From contig OZ024741.1 of assembly GCA_964016885.1 (NCBI GenBank), positions 326,120,001-326,184,000 of the forward strand: a DNA stretch of 64,000 bases. The letters run 5' to 3'. The notes beneath the pieces were generated by a model that was given only the letters and a program-made list of their open reading frames with translations, was not told the origin of the DNA and made no database searches. Of the stretch, positions 46,818 to 61,260 are shown in pieces (the stretch's first letter is position 1; each line of letters starts with the position of its first letter). The translations under genes were made by a program, and so were the position numbers. This stretch comes from Eledone cirrhosa (lineage: Eukaryota).

Positions 46818-49580
46818 ATAATAATGAAATTATTGTGTACAGTGCTCAGATGCACTACAACTCATCAAAGGTGCATGTATAGTACATAGAATAATGTACA
46901 AATGTCAGGAAAATGAACAGTGTATGAGTCATGATATAATAATAATAATAATAATAATAATGAGATATTGTGTACAGTGCCCAGGTGCACCACAACTCAT
47001 CAAAAAGTACATGTACAGTACATAGGGCAATGCACAAACATCAGGAAAATGAACAGTGAACGAGTCATGATACACACGTGTGTGCATGTGTATGGAAGGG
47101 GTACATCAGGTGTAGTTTTTGCGTATTACGGGAAGCATGAGTGTCTTAAAGGATGCAGTGTCTCGGCAGCTAACAACTGACGCAGGCAGTTTGTTCCATG
47201 CTTCAGCAACTCTGAGCGTGAAAAGATGTCTACGAAAGTCATGGGAGCTGTGCTGTTTTCTGATTTTGTAGGCATGTCCACGTGTGTTAGACACATGGAG
47301 ATCAGGGTTGCAATTGGCGAGATGGTTAATAATTTGTGGGTATTTACCAAGTCCATTGCCACACGACGGAGCTTCAATGAATCCATGCCCAGGAAAGCAA
47401 GGCGTTCAGAGTATGGTAGGTGTCTGATGGAGGGTATGCGCTTGGTTGCACGCCTCTGAACAGTTTCCAGGAGGTCAATGTTCTGAACAAGATAGGAGTT
47501 CCAGACTGTTGATGCGAATTCCAAGTGTGGTCGTACCATAGCTGTATACAGTTTTAAATAGATGGCTGGAGAGCGGCTAACAAAGGTCTTGCTGAGTGAT
47601 GCCAAGACACCCTCGGCCTTCTTGACAATCTTAGAGACATGCTTTGTCCAACGCAAATCGCTGCTGACAGTAATGCCCAGGTCACGTTCACAAGAGGACT
47701 TATTGATATCAGTGTTGTGGAGGGAGTATGTGGACGCTGGATTTTTCCTCCCAAAATGCATGGTGGTACACTTGTCCACAGCCAGCTTCAGTTGCCAGTC
47801 TGTGATCAATTGCTGCATTGTGTCTAGGTCTGATTGTAGGAAAGAGTTGTACATTTCAGGATCAATCCTTTTGATTTCAAGGTACAGCTTGATGTCATCT
47901 ACATATTTCAGTACCGTGGCATTCTGTAAGTTGGAATCTATGTCATTAATATATGCCACAAACAAAAGGGGACCAAGAACAGATCCCTGTGGTACACCAG
48001 ATGACATCTCATATGGTGAAGAATGCTGTCCTAGAACCTTGACTACTTCTTTTCGGCTGAGAATGAAGGATTTCAACCAGTCGAAAAGATCATCCCTCAC
48101 ACCCATTGCAGAGAGATTTGCCATAAGTCTTTTGTGTGGCACAGAATTAAAAGCCTTAGCAAAGTCAAGGTAAACAACATCCACCCATGAGCCGCTGTCA
48201 GTGATCCGGGTGATGTCTTCAAGGAACTCGATAAGCTGATCACAGCAGCCGGAGTTAAGGATAAATCAAAACTGTGAGGGCCGGATGAGGCTGTGAGAAC
48301 TCCAGAAGTTCCAAAGTGTTTCTCTGACACAGGATTCCATCAGTTTGGCCATACAGCCAGTAAGACTGACTGGACGATAGTCGACAGGTGACATGCGGTT
48401 GCCCTTTTTGAACAGGGGAATGACACTGGCAGTTTTCCACTGCTCCGGAGTAGCACCATTGTTGAGACAATATTGAAAGAAGAAAGAAAGCTGGCGCAAA
48501 AGGAAATACCCGCCACGTTTGAGAAGCAGGTATGTCACACCATCAAGACCAGGGGAGGTATAGTTGCGCTTATTCTTAAGGTGACGTCGCAACATTGCAG
48601 GTGTAAATTCCATAGTTGTTATGGAATTTGATGTTAGAGATGGTGGAGATGGTACATTCTGGTTTTCAACAGTAAAAATACTTGCATAGCACTCTGCAAT
48701 GAGTTCTGCGCATTCTTTGGGATCGTCAGTGATCTGGCTTCTGTGGGGATTGCGAAGAGGACCAACTGGAGAGTGAGGTCTCTGCTTTGAATGAACATAT
48801 TTCCAGAACACCTTACTGTCAGGATTGGTTGCTATGCACTGTTCAAATTCAAGCACTGCCTTCTTTGTCACTTGCTTGAGATGGTTAGAAGATTTATTCC
48901 GCTTTTTTCTGTTGGCATCTGATTTATGCAGTTTATATTCCCGTTCAGCGTTCCGACGTTCTTTCCTGGCAAGTCGGACCGCTGAAGTTTCCCAAATTGC
49001 ACTTTTGGGGTGTTTTTTTCTGCTTACGTGGCACCGATGCTGCACACGCTATCCATATTGAGTCCAGGATGCTCTGGAGTATAGTGTTCACATCTCCAGA
49101 GTTATACATCTCATGCCAGTTTGGGCGCTGTAGCTCAGTGCAGTACAAATTCTAATCTGCTTTCTTCCAATCAAAGCAAGCAGATTTGAGATGGCTCTGG
49201 TTTTTGTTGCTGCCCTCAAGTGCCAGATTGGCAATGATCATAGCATGATCAGAGTCGCCTAGAGGTTCCTCAGTAGTACAACTGATAACCACTTCAGGAG
49301 TAGTGGTGAAGATCAGGTCCAAAGTGTTGTCACCTCTTGTTGGAGAGGTAACTACTTCTGACCAGTTTGAGTCCAGCACTAGTTCAAGGAAATCGTTTGC
49401 ACCTTGTGGCCAACGAAAGGTTTCCCAATCGATCTCAGGATGATTGAAGTCACCTGCAATAAACACATAAGTGGCTGTTTTCTTGGCAGCAACTCTGCGG
49501 ATATCGCAAAGCTATGTGTTCTGATGGTAGTTTGGGGGGGGGGGGGCGATAAACAGCACCAAGCAGAAGTGTTGACATGG
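46818..49580 (-). mobile_element. CR1-group LINE, 5'-truncated, frameshifted (APE remnant + RT)
   Basis: YRPP, GDFNHP, PTRGDNTLDL, SDH (APE); SPGLDG, DYRPVSL, DFAKAF, SGVPQGSVLGP, YVDD, RPHLEF, TRGH (RT/C-term); (TTA)n tail. Confidence 0.92.
47126..48184 (-). pseudogene. LINE reverse transcriptase domain
   Basis: ORF track 352 aa with RT motifs; adjacent frames 48266-49045 and 49152-49466 are broken by frameshifts/stops. Confidence 0.9.
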
Positions 49581-49812
49581 TCATATGTATGTCACAGAAA
49601 AAAAAAAGAAAAAAAAATATATATAGATTAAAATAACAGATTAAAGTTTAAACAAAGAATCGGTGCTTTCACCCTTAACGGGATCTGAAACTAAAAATAT
49701 CAATCTGTGAACGCAGAAGTAAATATTTGCTCTAGGGTTCTTATATATTTGATATATAATTATCCTTATTGAGTGTTGTTTGGATTTTAGTCTTCAAATT
49801 TATTATTATTAC

Positions 49813-49884
<72 letters not shown>

Positions 49885-50045
49885 AATATATATATATATA
49901 TACATGTATATATATGTGTATTTGAATTTCGTATTTCTTAAGAAATACGGTATGTTTAAAAATAAACATTTAGAAAGTCATAGCTATGAAAAATACTGGC
50001 AGCTAACACCGCCACCCAGCGGTGCCCGGCAGAAGCAAGGGGAAC

Positions 50046-50091
50046 AATCGTCGATGCATTTCGAACTCATCTGGTACTCATCAGGACGATT
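50046..50091 (-). ncRNA. Minimal type I hammerhead ribozyme
   Basis: aatcgtc-CTGATGA-gtac cagatga gttc-GAAA-tgca-TC-gacgatt; perfect 7-bp stem I, palindromic stem III. Confidence 0.85.
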
Positions 50092-50530
50092 TCTCCCGCC
50101 CTTGAAACTGCTGGACTTTGAAATTCTAAGGTCGATGACCACGGAGTCTGCACTATTTGTCTGCCTCTTCAGTGATAATGTATATCCCCAATCTATATAA
50201 CAATTCTCTCACTCTATCTCTCCTACTTTTACGCTCTCTAGTTTTCTCTAAATATTGTTAAGAATCTAACAGTGAACCAATTACCAAACAACATTGAATT
50301 TTATATATTAGAGATCATGATGCTCATTATTTTGTTGTTACTTAATGTTATGTTTGTTGTTATTATTGTTTGGTATATTATAGGAATATATGTTTATTTT
50401 GACTTTTTCTGTGTAATTTGCGGCATGTGATATATATGAAAGAGTCCCATATCCCTATTTCTCCACCCCCTCTCTCTCTTGCTATATTTATATATATTTA
50501 TATATACGCTTACACACAGAAAGACACGCT

Positions 50531-50718
<188 letters not shown>

Positions 50719-50742
50719 ATATATATATATATATATATATAA

Positions 50743-50812
<70 letters not shown>

Positions 50813-50872
50813 AATACATAAGAATATACAAACATACATGTAGTGTATATATATAGGGAGTGTAACGTACAG

Positions 50873-50941
<69 letters not shown>

Positions 50942-51617
50942 CTTGTTGAACATACAAAGGAATTCAACGAACAATAGAACGCATGTGTGTGTATAGATAT
51001 AAATACAATATTACAATATACATTGGCGCTCATATATTTTATATTACCTCACAGTTTAATTCATACATTCGAGTCTTTGTATTTATGTTTGCATTAGAGG
51101 GACTGTATAGTTATTATTGATTCTAGAAAATTCACACGATCCTTTAATGTTTTGTTTTAATCTGAATTCCTTTACTGGGGGTGGGTAGTCATTGTACAGT
51201 TACCTCCCCTTTCTGACACAAACAACATAATGTCTCTCCCGTGTATTTGTTCTTTGCCAAAATTGAGAATGTTTAATAGTTCTGTAATGTTTCCCTAACT
51301 TGTTTTGATATTTGTATGTAGGTTACCAATAAATGTAATTTTATTTATTTGATTTTGTTTTTGTGCGTTGTATGGGGTTGGCAGGGGTATTATACCCTTA
51401 TTTGTGTTATTGTAGCATTTTCATTTCAAATAATTTGTATTTGTAAATATGAAAACATTCCTGGCAGTGCAGTTAAAGGGTTTTCTCCGCTACCACGCAA
51501 TTTTGGGTTCAATCACTCTGCGCAAGTTTAATGTCTGTCTCAAACGTCGAAGCTCATCAGATAAGGCTTTTGACCGGCCAACTTCCTGGTGGCAAGGTTG
51601 TGAAAGAGAAGAAATTG

Positions 51618-52540
51618 TCATTCCTTGAATCGCAAGAATGATTTGCAAAATTTAAAGGTGCCCGCTATCGCGGCTATTTGTAGTCTATGATTTAGGGAGC
51701 TGTGCTCTTTGCCCACAAATCCAAGTTCAGTTACACTTTTGTAAAAGTGGGTCGGTATATAACCTGTAGCTCCAATAATAATGGGTATGAAGCTGAAGGT
51801 GTATCTTGGATACTGGATCTGCAAATGCCTCATCAATAGTCCGTAGATATCCTCTTTCTCTTGTATTTTTCTTACAACATCGAGTGGGTACTTGATCTCT
51901 ACAAAAGAGCACGTTTTTAATGTGTGGCCCCAAACAACATATCACGCCTGTTGTGCATTTATTTGGTAACAGTTTTTATTTTCAGGTTCCATCAGTATTC
52001 CCTAATGCCATCTATCTCAAAATATTACTCCTGCTTTGTTTTGAATGTTGTTTTCCTTAGTGCGTTCCAGATGGTTCTAGCTATGTCATCGTGTCTTATA
52101 GAGAGGTAGTAACGAGACGACATTCTTTCACAGTTGACAACAATGTGGCTAATATCTTCGATCTTTGTTTTACAGCCTACATTTATTGTCAACTGATAGC
52201 TCTCCTCCTTTGTGTAGTAGATATTTGGTAGGGATTTCTTGTTCCTGTATTGCAGAGAGATATCCTTCAAGGTGAGATGTCAAAAACTTGTCGGATTTCC
52301 CTGCCAAGCTTTTTGAATGATTTATCCCCTCTATCGCCTGTAATTTTCGTCTCAGGTACCCATGCCCAACGTTCTCTGTGAATTGGTCCATTTTTAAATT
52401 TTGTTCGAGCATTGAATAGGATCTTCCAATGTTCCCGTGAGAGAGAGATTTAAGTTAAGCCTTGTTCCATGTCTCTCCTCCAGATCAGTGGCTATCTTAA
52501 TGATATTATTGCCTTCATGCTCATAAACATAGGCAAGGGT
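51618..52540 (-). mobile_element. R4/Dong-clade non-LTR retrotransposon remnant (CCHC + restriction-like endonuclease)
   Basis: EGYLSAIQEQEI.TK...KCRL/CK..EDISHIVVNC...RHD...PIIIGATG...LQIAAIAGT across broken frames. Confidence 0.8.
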
Positions 52541-52653
52541 TATGTATGTATGTATGTATGTATGTATGTATGTATGTATGTATGTATGTATGTATGTATG
52601 TATGTATGTATGTATGCGTGTGTCTATATATATGTATATGAGGGATGTATATA

Positions 52654-52684
<31 letters not shown>

Positions 52685-52721
52685 AGATGTGTATGTATGT
52701 ATATACATGTATGTTACATAT

Positions 52722-53574
52722 GAATAAAATTAGTCCTTCATCAGTGATCTTCCAACCTTCAGTTGTATTTCCTCGCTTTAAAGATCATATGCCTCTGGTT
52801 GGTGCGAGCAATAACTAAAGAAAGTTATTGGGACACGTAAAATAGGGCGAAGCGAGCGAGACATGTAAACAAACATAGATGGTAATGCAACGGAAAGAGA
52901 GGAAGAGAAGAGACAAGTCCGTGATATCTATGAACTTAAGTTCTGTGAAATCATTGACGGGAGATAAAGACTATCCGACCTGGGTGAGATGTGAGCGAGT
53001 AAAGGATTTCACGCATGTCAAACGGGAGGAAGTGAGAGAGGAGGAGTAGGAGAGAGTGATATCACGGAATTGTTTCTTCTGTTCCTCTCTTTCCGTTGCA
53101 TTACCATCTATGTTTGTTTACATGTCTCGCTCACTTTTACGTGTCCCAATAACTTTTTTTTAGTTATTGCTCGCACCAACCAGAGGTATAGACAGTCACT
53201 CTCTCTCAGCTGGCCTCTTCCTCAGACTTTCACTCACTCACTCTCTGCTACTCCCCCTCTCTCACTTCCTCCCGTTTGACCTGCCTGAAATCCTTTTCTC
53301 GCGCACATCTCACCCAGGTCGGATGGTCTTTATCTCTGGTCTATGATTACACCGAACTTACGTTCATAGATATCACGGACTTGTCTCTTCTCTTCCTCTC
53401 TTTCCGTTGCATTACCATCTATGTTTGTTTACATGTCTCGCTCGCTTCACCCTATTTTACGTGTCCCAATGAATTTCTTTAGTTATTGCTCGCACCAACC
53501 AGAGGCATATGATCTTTAAAGCGAAGAAATACCAATGAAGGTTGGAAGATCACTGATGAAGGACTAATTTTATT

Positions 53575-53577
<3 letters not shown>
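52722..53577. mobile_element. PLE-like fragment with nested inverted duplications
   Basis: 52722-53050 is the reverse complement of ~53250-53577; extra inverted piece at 53060-53187. Confidence 0.7.
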
Positions 53578-53613
<36 letters not shown>

Positions 53614-54935
53614 ATAATAAATGCGAAGACCAAAATATGGAGATGACTCGATAAGGGTCATATACATATATAATTATATAAAAACCCGTAGTGAAAATAT
53701 TTATTATGAGTACAGATTAAAATTCAAGTAAAGAATTTCTTTTTTTATCCAAAGCGGGATCATCTGAAATTTGAGAAAAATCAATGTGTAGACGTAGAAC
53801 TAAATCTATATTTAAATTTGAGTAACATCGTCCATCCCTCACACAATGTGTGTATGTATGTGTGCGTGTGTGTGTGTGTATATATATATATGTGTGTGTG
53901 AGTGTGTGTTTGTGTGAATGTATGAGTGTTTGAAAGGAAGGAAAGAGATGGTGGAATAAGTATAGCAAAACAGCCGCTGGCGTTACATTTGATACGCTGT
54001 GTGTGAATATGTGTGTATATATGTGTGTGTGTAAAGGAATATATGCGTGTGTGCTTGTATGAATGTATGTGTGTGTTTGTGTGAATGTATGTGTGTTTGT
54101 GTGAATGTATGTCTGAGAGTGTGTATTTTTGTGTGTCTGTGTTTGCGCGTTTATATTTATATACCTATACATATAAATGTATGCATATGCACATTACACA
54201 CATACGCTCCAGCGTTTTGAAAAAAATCCTAGTATTTAAACAAAGCATAGAAAGACATAAAAGTAGCTCATGGGGACGTTCTCTTGAAGTGAGCGAAATG
54301 TATACAATATCCAATATCTGTTTGAACACACATTTTCATACAAGACATCTTGCAAAACAAATATGAAAACGAACAACTGTATATATATATATCAAGTAAG
54401 AATATTTTCGAAACAGCGAGTGGGTTTGAAATTATTAGAAATGCAAGCTATCGCCGTATTTTGACTAAAGAAATTAAAGAAATTATTTAGCCTGATAGTG
54501 GGGTTAAGAACCCTCGGAGAAATGGAAAAAGATGAGTATTGACGTACACACATATATATATATATATAAAATGGAAAACCAAGAATCAGTTATGCATCAA
54601 AACACAATTTATTTACGTATTTCAATTGTTTCTCCGGCGAACAGCTCGAGGTGTGATCAATTTGTGGATCGAACCTGACTCTGTAATCGCAAGTTCCTCA
54701 GATAAGTCTAGTGATTTCGAGGCAAATTCTCTTTCTGTCGGGTTCCAACCCTTCGAATCTATATCATCTGCCTTCATCCTGTTTGCGCGGCCCTTAGATT
54801 GGTCGATAGTTCGTGACGTCATCATAGTTTTTGACCACTGAAAACTGCCCATTGGCCATCTCCATTCAGGCGTGAGCTGTCACTCACCCCAATCCCATCG
54901 GCAAAATTACTGCTTTGTGTTTTCCTTTCCCATGA

Positions 54936-55126
54936 CGGTGGATAGGCAGTATCGGTAGAGGGTCGGACGCCATGTTTTGACGCAAATAGTTACGGCCCTT
55001 TCCATTCTGAGTTCAAATCCCGCCGAGGTTAACTTTGCCTTTCATCCTTACGGGGTCGATATAATAAAGTACCAGTAATACACTGGATAATTGCTGGCCT
55101 TGTGCCAAAAGTAGAAACAATTATTT
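54936..55126 (+). mobile_element. SINE family A
   Basis: ggtggataggcagtatcggtagagggtcggacg...ctgagttcaaatcccgccgaggttaactttgcctttcatcc... Confidence 0.8.
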
Positions 55127-55383
55127 CCCATGACAATTCTTTTCTTGCCAGCCTCCCCATACATATTCATCCACACGCACATGTGCTCACACCCATATAG
55201 AGGCATTCCGAGCCATTGATCGTATACTTATCTGTGTGGACCTACACACACTACCACACACACGCACATAGAGCTTGCGGGCTTGCGTTCACACATGTAC
55301 ATACATATATATATACATATATATATATGTACATGTACATGTACATATATATATATATATATATGTACATGTACATGTACATA

Positions 55384-55421
<38 letters not shown>

Positions 55422-55768
55422 TTCACCTCTCATATATAAGTACATTCATACGCAGGCACATGCCCCATGTGCACATAATGGACCCACGTATATACATATA
55501 TCTATTCATACACAGTCACACACACACACACATATATATATATGTATATACATACACACACACATATAGTTATATATATAGATATAGTTTTTAAAGAATT
55601 CGCTTTTCTTTAAACCCATCAACCAATGACCTCCACCCATCCCAATCACCACCTTCTCCTACCACCAGAAAAGATATAAATACCACCATATTACTTAGAC
55701 AGTCGGCTACCTGATGATTTCTCCCGGATGAAACAGTTCTAGTCCTGTAGAAGGCTTTTCTATATTAA

Positions 55769-55882
<114 letters not shown>

Positions 55883-55954
55883 TAGAAAGTGAGGTTTTTT
55901 TTTTTTCAAAATGAAAAATAACCGAGGTGTCCTACACGACTGAAAGTATAAAGA

Positions 55955-56198
55955 AAAAAAGATGAAATCGAAAATGCAACTGGAGTCTTATTTAAAAAAA
56001 ATATATATATATTTATTTGGTTCCTTTACCGGTTTCGCAGTTCTTCTGCTTTTCAAAAGTAGAGTCGAGATGGAGGGTCTGAGGTTTTTCTCACATCTGA
56101 GATGTGAGAAAAACCACGGAAGGTAAAGGAACCATATAAATATATATATATTTTTTTAAAATAAGACTCCAGTTGCATTTTCGATTTCATCTTTCTTT
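55955..56198. repeat. Inverted duplication (~75 bp arms) with a U3-A8 hammerhead variant on the minus strand (56023-56061)
   Basis: 55955-56030 is the reverse complement of 56121-56198; actt-TTGAAAA-gcag aagaa ctgc-GAAA-ccgg-TA-aagg. Confidence 0.65.
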
Positions 56199-58071
56199 CT
56201 ATATATATATATATACACACATATATATTTATATACATATATATTTATATATACATATATATATATACCGGGTTGCCTCTTTAATACCACAACCATGCTT
56301 GCTCCTACGTATTTTATTATTATTTTTTTGTTTGTTGTTTGTTTGTTTTTCTAATTGTTTACACGTTGGACCTATGCCAGAATGTTTCGGTAGTATTCTT
56401 TAACCGAGTGTTCCGACAACAAGCGTTATATTTTATGATCAATCTAAAAGCCTGCTCACGAAATTAGTGTTCAACTGGTTGAGCATTCACAGACAGGAGT
56501 GCTATTAATACAATTCTTAGGTAGATTCAGTGTGTAACGGTGTGTGTGACAATGCTGTCTTTTTCAATTACACGTTCATCTAATTTTCTTCCTATCTAGT
56601 TCATTGGGGCAAGATGAAATAATGTTCAAGGTCACCACACGGTGCCGAGAGTTCTTCTGAACGTGTAGAGTTTCAGCATAACACAGTGCGCGAGAGGCTC
56701 GCTCTTGGAATAGCACACACATCTCATTTCTCTCATCTATGTGGACTGGGACAACTTGAATTAAAATGTCCTCCTCATGCAAGGACAAAATGCGCTGCGC
56801 GGTCCAGTAAGCTTACTAAACATTAACCTCTAACCACTAAGCTTATCACCATTTCAACGTAGTAAATAAGGTTTCATCATTGGTATATCGATATATTTAC
56901 TATCAACCCGAGGCTGATAAAATAACTGCGCGTGACAAGATGAAAGGGAAAGTTGTACCCAAGAATTTTAGTATCTCAAAACTCAACACCACGGAGTACG
57001 AGAATAAATAGCTACATGCAATTACACCCAAAAGCTATCATTTCTCACATTACGCCATATATTTTTATACGTTTTGTTATTCTTTTTAATGGTTATGTCT
57101 TTAGTTTTTTAATGTTTTTTTCCCGAAATGCGTAATAAAGATAGTTACCGTTCTATAGGGAATTGTGTGACAACAGAAACAAATTATTAGTAGGCTATTT
57201 TGCTCTTATAATGTTCATGTAAATGTGAAATTATTATATAAGACATGTAAATTATTAAAACAGAGAGAGAAATCGATAACAAAAATGAAAGCAAATAAAT
57301 ATTGTTTTTCACCCAAATATATTCCTGACGTTAAACTCTAAACTCTAAACTATAATTTGGCGTGAAATAAATAATAATTATATAAAACAAAAATGTATGC
57401 ATATGCATATATATATATATATATATATATATTTATTTATTTACACACAGATATGTAAATAAATGTGTATGTATATACACAGACACATACACACACATAT
57501 ATATATGTGAGCATAATGCATGCACTAACCTAATATAAATGATAATTGCTGTAGTGTTGTGTAAAAATGGTGCAAAAGTTACTAATGAATTTATAAGCGA
57601 TAATGATTCACACTTAATATTGAAATGACTATGTATCACACATAATTGGCAAAAAACATAGATTGGAGGTATCAGAACTTAATGAGGGTGTATTTATTTA
57701 GTTGCTCAACCTACTGAAATTTCTTAGATTTTCCTCAAATCACTGACAATCCCGTTCTTAAATATATTGAAGAAATTCCATTCCAGCAGGGGAAGCCTAT
57801 ACGTAGTCACTGGTTCTCCTAGATATATTAGCAAAGTCTTTCTCAAATGTCTCACCACTTCGATCTTAATATTTAAGATATCACAGTCGAAGAGGGAGTC
57901 TATACTTGGTCACTGTTTCTCGTGGAAACATTAACCCAAATCTCCTCAAACCATTCATCACCACGATCTTAAATATATTAAAAATATCAGCCTTACGTGG
58001 GAGCCAGTCCTGGGTCACCGACCCTTTTAAAAATACCGGTAATTTTTATTATTACATCCACATCCCAGGTG

Positions 58072-58288
58072 CTGGACTGGCAGTATCGGTAGTATGTCGA
58101 ACAACATGCTTTGTGGCATAGTGCTATGTCCCTTTACGTTCTGAATTCAAATCCTGCCGAGGTTAGATTTACGTTTCATCCTTATGGGGTCGATAAAATA
58201 AAGTACTAGAAACCCACTGGGATCGATTTAATCGACTTTCCCATCCCAGAAAAATTGTTGGCTTTCTGCCTAAACCAGAAAACTTTAT
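58072..58288 (+). mobile_element. SINE family A
   Basis: Homologous body with ctgaattcaaatcctgccgagg and gggatcgatttaatcgac. Confidence 0.75.
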
Positions 58289-60158
58289 TACATCCTTTGG
58301 ACGGGAAATTTATATTTTTTTAATGGTTTTTCATGTTTTGAACGAATCTGATCTTAATGACTGTCAGAAATTATTCGTTTTTCATTAACCCTTTCTCATA
58401 CCACCATCATTGGGGCCCATTGGTGCGAGCCGGGAACTCTCAAGTAATTTACGACGGTTTTAAAGGCTTTGAAACATTAAAATCACAAAAAACATACATT
58501 TGACTTTCAAAATTCTAATAAATACTATCAAAAAAATTCCCTTAAAATTAACAGAATATTTTATTAACACACCATTCTCTTCTGCAACCGACTATTATTT
58601 TATGCCCTTTAAGTGGGTCTCGATACTCTAAGATATTTTTTTCCTAATCCAAAGGGTTAGCATTTACACCCAACGAGTAACGCCGGAATCCACCAGAGAC
58701 CCTACGATAAAGTTACAAATGTCTGTGGAATGCTCAGACACTTACACAATTATTTCACGACCAAGCTGTTCAATTGATCGAACAAATGGAATATTCTCGG
58801 CAGAACAGACGGAGGTCCTTCAAGAACACGTCTATGGAGTGTGGTTAGAAGAGATATAAGGTAAATAGGAGACAAGAAGACGGTTTTTTTAACACATTTT
58901 AGATACAAAATCACCTAAATCCCTCCCCATTTCTATGATGCAAGTAGTGTAATGGTATGGGTATAGAGTATGTCAGTGACTCAGTCAATCCATAACTGGT
59001 CTAGTCTTCATCTGGGCTTGAAACCAGTGGCTAGTAGTGAAGTCTGCAGTAATGTGACTTTGTGGAGGTGGTGCGTGTCTTGCGGCACCGTCATCATACT
59101 GCTAATATGGTATTTTCTGTGGAATATTTGATGACATAAGCTCAACATACTGGTCGATTAATTGGCATTCCAATGGGGTGACCAAACCATTTAATGCGAT
59201 TATATACTATGAACTTCTATTTAAAAAAGGGAAGGAGTCAGCCATCAGAATGGACCAAGGAAAACATGTTTCCATTGCTGATTCTATCTGCTGGCTGCAA
59301 CTTCTGACAGAAGGGTGAAAGGCTATTTTAAGAAGCAAGTTAGGCAGTCTTCAGGATTTATTATGCGTGATCTTAAATAGGCATTAGGAGCTCTATATAA
59401 AAATTCTAAGCAGCAGTCCTTAAGACGTATAAAAGCTGCCTTATTGACGTATTAGGTGCTGACTATTTTACGTAATAGTGAATGTCTTTGCGACATATTA
59501 GGGACCGCCTATAAGACGTATCATAAAACAGTGTAGATACTTCAGTATTAGTTCGGAAGTGATGCTGATAGACAAACGTGGAAAGGTATTTACAAGAAGA
59601 GTGTATACAGAATTAGATGGAAAATTAGAAAGGTGTTAACGCAATGGTTTGTCTAGTATTTCATTACGTTAGTGAGGTACAGAGAAGCAGCTGAAATTTA
59701 TGTTGATGATTTACTCCGGCTTTTTCAGATTGACGTCACCATTTCTGATCATCCCGAACATCTGCACAGCAATATATCATGCAGATCTAACAGAGACGTA
59801 TACAAGAGACAAGACTCGTCCCTCAGGGACCACTGGTTACTGCCCTAGGCACGCTGTGACTTCTCTCTCCCACGTGTGGCTGGACGGTCGCTTTAGATTC
59901 TCTTAGAGTTGTCTGAAATGTATAGCCTTACACACGCTGATAAATCCTGGGCTAATCATTTCTGTCAACAACTTATTTGGCGAAACAGATCTCTTTGGAT
60001 TTGTACGTGTGTGTTAGATAGTTATCGAGGTATGTATATACACTTTAATTTATACTTTCAATTATCGTGTGTCTACTCTGGCTTCCATGGGTTATAGATT
60101 CCATACACTGGTGGTTTTTCCCTGTTTGATTGATGGCGCACTATCTCTCTCTCTATCG

Positions 60159-60197
<39 letters not shown>

Positions 60198-60201
<4 letters not shown>

Positions 60202-60693
60202 GCGACGTGGTTGGTCAGTCTAGTCACTACTTCTGATCAGATCCGAGAATAGTTCTTAGAAGGACTGTTATTGCATACGGCCTGATCAGATATGAAGATA
60301 GCCCTTAAAAGGACTGTGGTCGCATATAGTCCTTAAAAGAACTGTTGAAGATGGACAGACGAAAGCACAAGTTGAAAGGACGAAGCAAGGCGAGATGTAA
60401 ATTCGATCAGCATTTATTTTCACATGAATCGACGATACGGCGTACAAGGTGTGTGAGTGACAAAGCGTGGCAGAGTAAAGGAACAACGATGCGCGAGCTG
60501 ACTCTGCCAAAAGTCGACTGGCGAAAGTGTTAGGAACCACTCTATTTATACAGGAACAATCCTTTGTTGTTTAGTCGATGTGTAGGCGTTTATTCTGGTA
60601 GGTTCTAAGGGTTCTTTTGTTTTACGTTGAGTAGCTAGCTAACAGGTAGATGGCGCTGTATATTTCACAGCTGTTATTTCCGGTGGCTGTACA
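60198..60693 (-). mobile_element. Probable solo LTR
   Basis: TG...CA termini inside a TA tract; minus-strand TATAAA (~60545) upstream of AATAAA (~60413); agcgccatct motif. Confidence 0.55.
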
Positions 60694-61260
60694 TATATAT
60701 ATGGGATAACAAGTTATCGTTATAGGTAATCCAGTTACAGGTTGTGAGTGCTCTGCGTCGTGGATAGTTTTAACGTACGGCTTTTTTTTAACTCAACAAG
60801 ATGCCTCCATAGTTATGCAGCGAGTTCGCGGTAATTTTTATGCAGTTTAAACTAGAAGTAATAATAATAATTAAAGAATGAAGATTAACATGGTTGGCTG
60901 TACAATAAGGGCTTTATTTAAAGTACTGACAATTGTTTCGTTGATCATGTGGGTCTAGATTTCGCTAATCGCTTGATGTTGCGTTATTCGATCTCCAATA
61001 CATGATTTACCTATGTTCAACACATCAGAGCATGTAGATATGAAAATAATTCATTCGAGGCAATACTTATATAGAGAAACAGCGGATAATTAAAACAATA
61101 ACATCAATAATAAAATAGCGTATAATATAAAAAATAACATCAATAATAATACATGTATGGTAAATAGGTAGAGAAGTTACAGATGTAAAAAGTAAAATTA
61201 GAATAAAAGATAGAGTATATAAAAAAGTAAGAAAATGAGAGAATCGAAAATATAAAAAGA

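Noticed and set aside
47562-48173. 203-aa plus-strand ORF (also 61517-61933 and 36888-37579)
   Set aside because: Antisense shadows of LINE, Helitron and Penelope coding regions.
51530-51568. Hammerhead downstream of the R4-like ORF
   Set aside because: CTGATGA is present but followed by GAGA, with no valid UH triplet and poor stems.
54936-55126. tRNA genes at B-box-like gagttcaaatcc motifs
   Set aside because: These are SINE heads followed by the SINE body; no cloverleaf.
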